From positions 992,001 to 1,056,000 of the forward strand of contig CM074815.1 in NCBI GenBank assembly GCA_037447605.1: a DNA stretch of 64,000 bases, in the 5' to 3' direction. Under the pieces are notes generated by a model. The model was not told the origin of the DNA and searched no databases. It saw only the letters and a list, made by a program, of their open reading frames with translations. The position numbers were made by a program, and so were the translations under genes. The stretch is from Zygnema circumcarinatum SAG 698-1b. Lineage: Eukaryota; Plantae; Zygnematophyceae. This document shows, piece after piece, positions 51,451-61,900 of this stretch (its first letter is position 1; each line of letters opens with the position of its first letter).

Positions 51451-52344
51451 ACATTTTTGAAGGAGCTTGTTGTGGTTGACCAGCCTCTTCTAGGCTGCCG
51501 TAGCCAACGGCGGATCCAGGAGTTCAGATTAGGGCGAGCTGACTAGTGAGTTGGGAAAAGAATCTAAAATTTGAGTGTATTTTTGCTATTCAACCTCCAA
51601 AGGCGAACAGCTTTTCAAAATCTGATGGGGGGAGGGCTTAGCCCCTTTAGGGAACAGCGCGGGTCAGTCACTCGCCGTAGTGTCATTGGAGTGGTGAAGT
51701 TTTGAAGTTCTCTTGCCAACATTCTTTTTTGTGGATTGGATAACCTGTGACCTCGGTGCTACTTCAAAGCTGACGCGTTTTCTGCCCGTCCCATGAGTCA
51801 CCGCCTGCTCGGACTTGCCTCCCTTCACGTGCGTTGACTGAGCTCCTTCATTTCTTCGCATTTTTTGCCAAAACATTGTTTGCCAATGCTTGATAACCGT
51901 TGCCACGGGCCAACCGGCTTCCAACCATTGGCTGGTTTCTCTGGCTTTGTCGAGGAGAAGGCTCCTCCCGTCTCGCCATTTATATGTTTCCAGAAACTTT
52001 CCTCCCCTTGGCACTACCGTGGGGCATGAAGTTGTATGACGCACGCTGGCCGAAATATTATAAAATTTTCAATTTACAGCAACATTTTCCAGCCCAGTCT
52101 CATAAAGCAGTCCGGCTTAAACTAAAATTTATCGCCATCAATCAAAACACTAAGGCGACCATACCCAAATTGCGAGCTTCACAACTCGTGTGGCCCAGAT
52201 TGAAGGCTACGGTCGGTGCCCTATCGAGTGATTTAGTCGATTAGAACAAAGGGTGTGGCATTGATCTCACGATGGCGAGGCCATAATGTACATGGCCAAT
52301 TAGTATCAGTCGATTATTGTTTAGGCAGACTTTACCGCCTCAAT

Positions 52345-52893
52345 TGTTGATTTATAGGATACATTAAGGTATTGGTACTTAGTTCCTCACATGAATGTTT
52401 TCCGAGACATCAATGTGTTGGTGTAGAATGTACAAAGTGGTATAGGGACAATGTCCATGCATGGATGGTCATGTTTGGTGTAGGATCGAACATGGGGGTT
52501 GCCCGTATGATTAGGGCACGGTACGGCACGTCTGCGGATGATCCAGGGTCGTAGGTTTGCGACCTAGATAAGGACCGTACCAAAGGGGCTGCGCGGAATG
52601 CAACACAGTAGGACCCCGTCATATTTTCCACCTTCAAAAGTGCGTCCCCAAGAAATTCGCCCCGATTTTGCCGAAACCACCTTTTTGTACGGAAAATGAT
52701 ACATCGGCCCCACATTTTGGATATCGGCGCCCCCTTTTGGGAAAAAATGTACTTTTTTTTTTTGGCTAATCACCCCCCCCCCCTTGGATCTTTCGGGAGG
52801 AGAGATCTTGTAGACAATCGGACCCCGCGCCTCGCGCGCAGGATCCGACCGTGACACTGACGTACGGCGCCGCGCCCCTTGGATCTTTCGGGA
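52345..52893 (+). repeat. Diverged LTR D 5' fragment followed by a degraded LTR G fragment
   Basis: 52345-52600 aligns by eye to 46057-46300; 52815-52880 resembles 24060-24125. Confidence 0.6.
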
Positions 52894-52933
52894 NNNNNNN
52901 NNNCCCTCCTCTTCTCTCCTCTTCTCGGTTGCA

Positions 52934-54845
52934 ATGTCCACAGAAATGCTACCAACTGAGTATGAGACCCGCGATGAGCTTATACAAGTCATGACCGAGC
53001 ACTACAAGCACGAAGGATTTCACATCAAGATCGGTCCACATGGCGATAGTCGCCGATTCTACCTACAATGCTTGAGCGGGGGAACCTACAGGGATAAAGG
53101 TCAAGACGAGAGCAGCAAGAAGAGGCATACCTCTAGCCGCTTAAAAAATTGCCCTTTCAAGATCAAGGCAACGTTTTCTAAGAAGAAGAACATGTGGGCT
53201 GTAAAATCCATCGTTGAAGAGCACAACCACGTCATTTCAAGTGGATATGCCGAGAATAGGCGCTTGAATACTCGCAAAAAGGAATGTGTTCGAGAGATGG
53301 CACAAAACGGCGCTAGCATTCCATCCATAATGTCTACCCTTCAAAACCAGTACGGGAACCAGCATACGACCAAAAGAGTAGTGTACAATGAGACCGCTGC
53401 AATGAGGACAGATTTCTTGGCTGGTCGAACCCCCATTGTAGCCTTAATTGAAACTCTAAGTGCTGGCAATTTCATCTTTGAAGTTAGTTATGGGATCGAC
53501 GGCGCTGTTACAGGTTTGTTCTTTACTCACCGGGATTCAGCAAAGCTTGCGAATGAGTACAACAATGTCTTCGTAATGGATGCAACTTAAAAGACAAACC
53601 GATTTGGAATGCCTTTGCTGAACATTGTTGGGATAACTGCCACTTATTCGACTTTTAATGCTGGATTTGCGTTTTTACGGGAAGAAACGAAGGAGGCATA
53701 CGTTTGGGCCTTGCAAGCATTCCGCGCTGTGGTAACACCTAAGCTTATCGCTACTGATCGTGAACTAGCGTTGATGAACGCGATCTCAGAAGTCTTCCCT
53801 GACACTGTGAATGTTTTGTGTGTATGGCACGTTAATAAGAACGTGCTTGCAAACACTAAGAAGCATTTCGAGGACAATAATGAGTTTGAGATATTTATGA
53901 AGATGTGGAATGCGTGTTTATATTCCACTACAGAAGAAACTTATCATGGCAATTGGGCAGCGATGGAGAGTTACTCTAGCTCACCGGAATGGACGGCTGC
54001 CCTTCACTATGTGTCAAGATGGTGGCAAGAGCATCGGGACAAGTTCGTTAGATGTTTTGTCGACAAGAACATGCACTTGGGAACGGGTTCTACATCTCGT
54101 GGGGAGGGAAACCATCATCTCCTAAAGCGATACATCCAAATTCCAACTCTTGATTTACTTACAGTTTTCCAACGGCTAAATCTGATGCTCCAAACCCAGT
54201 TTGTCGAGCTTAAGCAGATGATTGAAGCTGAGAAGATTTTGATTTGTCTTCATCACAAGAAGCCGTATTTGGAAGAACGCATGGGCCTGTAGTTCAAAGT
54301 TTGCATTCGCAGTTGCATAATATGAAGGAGAAATTTTGGCAAGCGACAACGTTGGGGCCCTTGTGGTGGGTATTTACTTCAGGGGGCTCCCTTGTAAACT
54401 TATCGCATTTCGAGCCCGATCTTGACGGAGGGAGAAAATCTTACTTACAGGACATCAATCGTGATAGTGGTTAGACCAAGAGTTTTATCAAGTCCAAAGA
54501 AGCCGACCACAATTCCACAGTTGGATCATCGTCGCATTCCGCGGCCCGGGCAATGACAATCCAGGCATTAACAACCCGAGGGTTGTTTGCAAATGATTCT
54601 TCGTAACATTGGTCGCTAGCGTCTCAAGTAAGATGAACTTTTGGCTGAACCCTTTCGCGGTTGCAAAGGCCCCCGCAGGTTACAAAGAAGCGAGGTGCGA
54701 CAACCTACTAGTTACTTGCGTGGTTTGTAATCCCAGCGGGACAGAGCCATTTTGAGGTATCTTGAGAGGTAACAAATGTTCTGAATTGTATGGCTTAACC
54801 CGGGGCCACAACTCAGGGGGCACTAGTGAAGAAAAGCAATGCTTT
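52934..54845 (+). pseudogene. MULE (Mutator-like, FAR1-type) transposase
   Basis: N-terminal C...CPF...W...HNH domain; catalytic region MDAT*KTNRF (TAA 53588-90 at the consensus Tyr), ATDRELALMNAI, LCVWHV, TSRGEGNH; same frame to 54292; degraded GLPCKH and a C..C...GHNS knuckle downstream; TIRs not visible. Confidence 0.88.
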
Positions 54846-55042
54846 NNNNNNNNNNNNNNNNNNNNNNNNNNNNNNNNNNNNNNNNNNNNNNNNNNNNNNN
54901 NNNNNNNNNNNNNNNNNNNNNNNNNNNNNNNNNNNNNNNNNNNNNCCGTCAAAGCACTGCTATAGTAAAAAAACTTATGTTACATGAAGCAACGTACACA
55001 AAACAACCCAATAACAAAAAGGAAAAAACCTGTCGATGTTAC

Positions 55043-56764
55043 CTTGAAAGTCATTCAGGGGGTCCCCTGTGTAGTTTCCGTAATAGTCGTCTGAAAAGAA
55101 AAAGCTTTGCAGTGGATCCTTCTCATTCAAGTAATCCCAATACGGCATAGCGAGGCTGGGATCTATGGACTGCCCCACCACATGAAGGTAACGTTAGAAT
55201 CACCCGCGCAAACAACACAGATACACTACCTAAAATTTGAAGCATCATGATTTATTGTTATGTAAAGCAGGCATGTCGAAAGGGCCCCATGATTGGGAGA
55301 GCAATGCACCTGGAGTGAGAGCTCGAACATGCGCAGAAAAGCGCGGTGGAAGGTGACGAAGGCGGGCCCGTGATGGCCGAAATCGCACTCTGATGCCTTC
55401 ACCCACACGGCCGCGGTGTGGAGTGCCGCCATCTCCATGTAGCTGTAGAACCTGCGCGGAAACAGCGCGTGGAGCGGCATTGTGTTAGAGTGGCGCTTCT
55501 CCAAATGACAATTTTCCTTAGAGAAAGTCCCATGAAGGAGCCGCTGTGGGCGAGCAGGAAGGGGGAAGGAGATCAACCGAGAACGGATAGATATGGACTG
55601 ATGGGGGACAGGGGTGCAAAAATAGGGAAGGAAAATCGTGGAAAAAAAGGAAGGGAGGGAGGGAGGGGCGGGATGGTACGCCTGAAAGGGCAATACCTCG
55701 GGCCAAATATGGCCTGGCCTCCTTCTGTGGTGTGGTTCCGCATCACTTTGATGGCCGAAAAGTATTTCTCCAACTCGGCTTTGTCAAGGGAGAGTATGCT
55801 CCTGCGGACGTAGTTGACACGCACAGGCACGAGGAAGGTCTGCCAATAGGGTGGAAAACATGAAAACAAAACAAATAGTCGTAGGAATATCGAATGGTCC
55901 AAAATCGCGTTAACAAGGACAAGAAGCGTGTTCTCCAGCACTCAAAGAGTCTCGAGAACCCAACCCCTTGTGGGAATTCTTTGGGAAGTAGGTTCTACCC
56001 ACCGCCGTGCTTGCGCCCGTCGAGCAGTCTTCAGAGGAGTCGGCGGAGATCGGGCAGGCGGAAACTTTGAGATGCTGCTGACCGGGCTCGTAGAACGTGA
56101 TGTTTCCTTGGCGCCCAAAAATTTGTTGTCCCTTGGGCCCCTCGGCGTGGAGGAGCCACCCCTCTGAAATGTTGCGGTTTTGCTTGAAGAGGCTGAACGC
56201 TGTGGGGTCCAAAAGCGAAGGAGAAGGGAGCCCTTACTCAGCATGTGCCCATATGGAGGAAAGCTCAAGTTTTTATGAAGATGGGGAGGAGGAGGGTCCA
56301 AGGTGAGAGCGCTCACAGAAGGCGGTGGGTTTGTGGGGCTCCGCGAACACGCCCAAGTGCGCAAAGGCCGTGGCGGTCGCCACTTCCAACTCCACACCCG
56401 ACGCGTCAAAGATCGCCAAACCGCCTCCGCCATGGATTGCCTGCACAGCGTACCCTCCTCACATAAGGTGGAATGAACTCAAGCCTACCCCGTATAGAAA
56501 CAGAAAGCTACTCAGCATCGAAGAGTCAATAAAAATTGAACACCTTTGTGGATCACACTCTGCATTGACGCAAAGCCGCAAGAGGAGCACCTGCTGTGTG
56601 AGTGCGCTCCCCCTCTCAAGAACCTCTGCCTCCAGGGATGGAGAGAAGCGGGTCGGGTGAGTAGGCTTGGCGGATGGCAGGCGGCGCGCATGTGCGTGCA
56701 TGCCACCGAAGTATGCGGCGCCGCAGAGCGCGAGGAACAGCGCCAGCCATGGCCTCTGTCCCAT
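55043..56764 (-). CDS. Secreted-type tyrosinase / type-3 copper protein, 5' partial (6 exons; the rest is lost in the gap or truncated)
   Basis: Exons 56764-56591, 56440-56317, 56199-56003, 55839-55697, 55451-55310, 55169-55043 with GT-AG ends and consistent phases; signal-like MGQRPWLALFLALCGAA; VRRSILSL; CuA LH...CDFGHHGPAFVTFHRAFL; IDPSLAMPYWD; CuB not seen. Confidence 0.88.
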
Positions 56765-57265
56765 CCTGCACCGCACCGCCTCGCCACCAGGAGGAGGAGA
56801 AGGTTTGAGCACAGGAATACCCCTTGACTCGTCCTCTAACCTTTCCCTTTCTGTACTTATTGGTCCTTCTTAGTTTTTGTGACGACCTCTCCGTCAAGTG
56901 CTATGTTCCAAACGTCCATTCGAGGATTGCTTCCATTTTTTATCAATCGCGGCATCTCGTATTTTTCAGACATAGCTTATTTGAATCCTCCCTGTTCCTT
57001 TTCCTGCGTCACCTGCGCCCCGACTTTCCTCTCCGCTACCACTTCTACTCTCCACCCTCTCCGAATCTCCCTTATCTTCTGACTCTCTGTTCACTCTCCC
57101 CTCTTAGCACACACTGAATGCCCTTTCCTCTTTCTCCCGCTGACTGTCCCTCGCCCTCTCTTCTCTTCCCTCTCCCAACCTCTCTCTATTTTTAAGCTTC
57201 TCTCTCGCCTCTCATTCTTGCGCTTTGTCACATTCGACAGAATGCGGCCAAACAGGCCGGAGGGA

Positions 57266-57402
57266 CACGTGGCGCCGAAGGATTAGTAAGCAATAGTTTC
57301 TCGCGTCCTTTGTACGGCGAACCATCAACGGTCCGCGGTTGGTCGGCCCATAGGTATTTTGGCCGCTTCTGCTTTCTGGTAGAGTGACTCTGCCACGTGG
57401 CA
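57266..57402. promoter_or_regulatory. G-box/ABRE-like sites upstream of the tyrosinase
   Basis: ACACGTGGC (core CACGTG 57266-71) and perfect palindrome TGCCACGTGGCA 57391-57402; function inferred. Confidence 0.45.
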
Positions 57403-57624
57403 TCCCTACTGGCCCATCTTTGGCCGCGTATCACGAGCCCCGTCGCTGACTCTATTCTTTGTCGTTTCCTGTTCGGTATTGATGGCGTGGCGAGCGCTGA
57501 TTGGACCGCGACGGTGAGCGGCGCGTGCGGTGGGGACTCGCGGCGACAGGACAGCGCGGGGACCGTATGATATGTACGGTATTGTACGAACGTGTAACGG
57601 TCCGTCGTGAGCAAGTGTCCGGGG

Positions 57625-58020
57625 AGGGGCGAGGGAGAGAGGGAGGGAGAGAGGAGAGGGAGGGAGAGGAGAGGGAGGGAGAGGAGAGGGAGGGAGAGGA
57701 GAGGGAGAGGAGAGGGAGGGAGAGGAGAGGAGGGAGAGGAGAGGGAGGGAGAGGGAGGGGGAGGGAGAGGGAGGGGGAGGGAGGGAGAGGGAAGGGGAGG
57801 GAGAGGAGAGGGAGGGAGAGGAGAGGGAGAGGAGAGGAGAGGGAGGGAGAGGGAGGGAGGAGAGGGAGGGAGGAGAGGGAGGGAGGGGGAGGGAGCTGGG
57901 GAGGGAGGTGGGGAGGGAGGGCAAGGGAGGGAGGGAAAGGGAGGGAGCTGGGAGAGAGGGAGAGGGAGGGAGCTAGGGAGGGAGCTGGGGAGGGACGGAG
58001 AGGGAGGGAGCTGGGGAGGA
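57625..58020 (+). repeat. Homopurine GA-rich low-complexity tract
   Basis: Degenerate GGAGAGGAGAGGGAG-type repeats, almost only G and A to ~57895. Confidence 0.95.
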
Positions 58021-58484
58021 AGTGGGAGGGAGTGGCAACGGAGGGGAAGAGAGCTGAGGTGAGCGGCAAGGATATAGAATTGGAGTCCAGGAAGGGAAGG
58101 AAGAGTGATTGGGGAAGGAAAAGTCAGCTGAGAGCGCGGGAGTAGAGAGGAAAAAAGAGAGAGAGAGAGTAAAGAGGGAGTACGAGAGGAAGCGGTAGAC
58201 AAAGGTGAAGGAGCGAGTGAAGGGAAGGACTTCAGTGATAGGGAAAATAAGATTACAAGGGCGGAATGGGAATTATTTGTGGAGAAGTGAGGAATAATCG
58301 TCGGTAAGGGGTAGCCGAGAGGAGAGGCGGGGCTCAGGTGACGCAAGAAAAACAACAAGGAGGATTCAAAGAAGGTATGTCTGAAAAGTGTGGAATGGCA
58401 CAATCGATGAAGAAATGGAAGGAATCTCCGAAATAGACGTGTGGGTCCACTGCATTGGCGTGTGATGATGATGATGCTACGGGT

Positions 58485-58560
58485 TGTACGGACTGTTGTA
58501 CGGAATCTGTACGGATATATGTACGGACAGGTGTACGGATACTGTACGGAATATGTACGG
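58485..58560 (+). promoter_or_regulatory. Array of 7 TGTACGG motifs in LTR U3 (also 63358-63433)
   Basis: Starts at 58485, 58497, 58508, 58520, 58532, 58543, 58554; reverse complement CCGTACA matches the SBP/SPL-domain GTAC-core consensus. Confidence 0.7.
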
Positions 58561-58991
58561 GCGAAAGAGAGACTGCGCATGTGAGAGAGTTCAGGAAGGT
58601 CTGTGCAGGAAGAGAAGTGTCAGGCGGAGGAGAAGCGTCTGGCGAAGCGTCGCAAATGTATGGTGCTCAAGAAGGAGGATTCAGAAAGGAGAATTCTGGA
58701 AGCTTCGACATTGGGTAGAAAAGAAGCGCTGCGCAGATGTAGAACACAGTGAAGAGAGAACAGGAAGAGAGAAGAGAGGATGAAGTGATCTGTAATGAGG
58801 CCTCATATGAAATAAAGAAGTGTTTATGAGTTGTGTGTTGATCTTGTGAGAACATGTGTTTTGTATGTCAAGCTTGAATGTGTTCTCTTCTGTCACAATG
58901 TGGTATCAGAGCTGAGTGATTGAAAGCTGGTTGATAATTTATTGAGAGAGCAAGTGAGTAAGCAAGTGAGTGATTCTGAGTGAGATCGAAA

Positions 58992-61900
58992 ATGAGTAAG
59001 CGGAGTGATGAAGGGAAAATATTCTTCGATGGAACTAACTATGCAGCATGGGAGATATTCGCGAAGATCAAGCTGCAGAAGAAAGGATGCTGGAAAATCG
59101 TGGAAGGTACATCTGCTAAACCAGCGGCGGCAGGACCAGAGTTGGAGAAATGGCAGGAATTAGACGATGAGGCAAAATATCAGATTGCTAGCTTAGTAGA
59201 TAAGAAGCATCTTATTCTGCTAGGGGGCAAGGATACTGCGAAGGAGATGTGGGATAAGTTAAAGGAGATTTATTTGAAGAAGTCTATGGCTGTGAGAAAT
59301 TCCCTCTGGACAGAATTGACGACCTTAAGTCTATCAAGGAGAGAGTCAATAGATGAGTTTATTTTAAGATTTGAAGTTCTGGTAAGACAGTATGAGGATG
59401 TAGGGGGAACTATCTCTGAGGAACAACAGGTCCATACGATCTTACGGTGTTGTGAAGAGAGAGCCTCCAGAGATGTCGGGAACATAAAAACTCAACAGTT
59501 GAGCGATGTAGAGTCAGTGAAAGCTATTTTAAGGGCAGCAGAATCTGAGCAGAACGATAAGCAGAGGTTTCAGAAGTTCATAGGTCATAGGCCTCAGACT
59601 AGTGAGGCCTTCCACAGTCAAAGCGGAGATGAGGATGGAGGAGAACAGGTGGAAGCCTACGCAGCCAACTACAGAGGCAGAGGACGTGGAGCAAGAGGGG
59701 GTGCCTTCCGTGGAGGTCCATCGTTTGGACGAGGACGCACAGGTCAGGCCCAGGCCCAGCAGGCAGCATGTTTCAATTGTGGAAAACCTGGACATCTTGC
59801 CAAGGATTGCTGGAGCAGTTCAAGGAGTTCTGGAGCAGGAAATGGTGCAGCTACCGGAAGAGGCGTTTGGAGAGGCGATAGTGGACAGAATGAAGACACA
59901 AGAGGAGAAGGATGTTTTGTGTGTGGAAAGCCAGGTCATTTTGCTCGGGATTGCTTTCATAAACCGCAAGGTAGAGGAAGAGGCGGCTATGGTAGAAGAG
60001 GCGGCATTAGAGGACTTGCAGCTTCAGTAAGAAATCCTCAAGGAGGTGCAGAGGAAGATGAGGAGTCAGCTTATCGTTTGGAGGAGAAGGAGCAACGTGC
60101 AGATTGGATAGTGGATAGTGGCGCATCACATCATATTTGTGCAAATAGAGACGAATTTGTGGAGATGAGGAAATTGGCAGTTCCAAAGATCCTTCGGACA
60201 GCCAATGGAGGAGAGGAGATCGTGGATGAAGTCGGGACAGTGAAGCTGAATTTGATAATGCGACCACAACAAGAGGAAGTACTCGTTTCAGAGGTCATGT
60301 ATGCTCCAAGCCTTGAAAAGAACCTAATGTCAGTGAGGCAGCTTGCTAGAAATGGCATGAATGTTAATTTCTTTGGAGATAGATGCATAGTGAGAAGGCC
60401 AAATGGGCACTTGGCTTTGGAGGCATATGATGATGGGAATCTCTACAGAGTTAGATGTGCAAGAGGCAAGAAAGGAAGGAATTTTATAGAGTCACATGTG
60501 TTGAGAGCATACGCTGCAGATGCTGATTTATGGCACAGGAGGTTAGGCCATCTCAGTTGGAGGTCGTTAGTAGCAATGAGTAAGAAGGAGATGGTGGCAG
60601 GATTGGAGGCTTTGAGCAGTAAGGAAATGCAGCATAGTTGTAAAGGATGTGAGGAAGGGAAACTAAAGCAGAAAGCATTAAAGCGGCTGGATGAGACCAT
60701 TCGAACAAGGAAACGATTGGAGCTTGTGCACATGGATGTGTGCGCATCAGATGTAGAGAGCATTGGCGGCAATCATTATTTCCTTACTATTGTTGATGAC
60801 TACAGCAGGAAAGTTTGGGTGCGGATGATCCGGCATAAGCATGAAGTCTTCAAAGCTTTTCTGGGCTGGAAAGCAATGGTGGAGAGAGAGAGTGGAGAGT
60901 TAGTGAAAAGGATAAAGACTGACAATGGGGGCGAATTCAAAAACAGGAGTTTTGAACAGATGTGTGCAGAGACAGGTATAAGGCAGGCATTCACTGCCCC
61001 TTATACACCGCAGCAAAATGGAGTTGCAGAGAGGATGAACAAGTCCCTCATGGACATTGCAAGGTGCAACCTGGTGGAGAGTAATCTTCCAGAAAACCTC
61101 TGGGCTGAAGCAGTCACTGCAGCAGCCTACATCAAGAACAGGAGCTACAACTCTTTGCTGAAGGAGCAGACTCCACAAGAAAGGTGGGCAGGTTCAAAGC
61201 CCAATATTTCTCATCTTAGAGTGTGGGGGAGTAGGTGTACTGTTTGGATCCCTCAACATCAGAGAAGTTGGAAGATGGCAGCTAGAGGGAGAACAGGTTT
61301 TATGGTTGGCTATAGCCGGGACAGTTACCAGTACAGGATTTATGACCCTCAGATGCAGCAGGTTATCACGAGCAGAAATGTGCAGTTCTATGAGGATGAG
61401 TATATTCAGAAGGAGGACAGGCAGCAGCCAAGGAGATTCAGTTATCAGCCCGCAGATGATAGTGATGAGGAGGACACAGATGAGAGTGATGATGAAGAGA
61501 CACCAAGGAAGTCAGCAAGGAAGGAGACAAGACCAGTGGAGACAGCGCAGGAGGAGCAGCCTCAAAGGGAGACAAGAGGAGATTCCAGCGCAACAGAATT
61601 GAGGAGATCAGAGAGACCAAAGAAGCCGATAGTGAAGTTGACATCAGACAGAATTGGAGAACTACATATGGCTGAGGAGAAGAAAGGAGGGAGACATAGA
61701 CTTTCAATTGGGACAATTTATTGCAATCAGGTGGTAATTGGAGAACCACAGAGTTATCAAGAAGCTTTGGAAGGAGAAGATGGAGAGAAGTGGAAAGGAG
61801 CAATAGATAGTGAGTGGAACAGCTTGTTGGAGAACAAAACTTGGACTTTGGAGGAGTTGCGAGAAGGGAGGACAGCAATTGGCGCTAAATGGGTGTTCAA

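Noticed and set aside
51509-51660. GGCGGATCCAGG, a possible MITE terminal inverted repeat
   Set aside because: No partner inverted copy or TSD found nearby.
51664-52244. Short ORFs on both strands (126 aa and 114 aa)
   Set aside because: No motifs, splice pattern or second copy to support coding status.
58485-58560. TGTACGG array as a CRISPR-like repeat
   Set aside because: 7-bp repeats with 4-5-nt spacers inside a eukaryotic LTR; no cas genes.
57228-58580. 450-aa minus ORF and overlapping Pro/Ser/Leu- or Gly/Arg/Glu-rich ORFs
   Set aside because: Open only because the GA tract has no stops; it also runs across the copia LTR junction.
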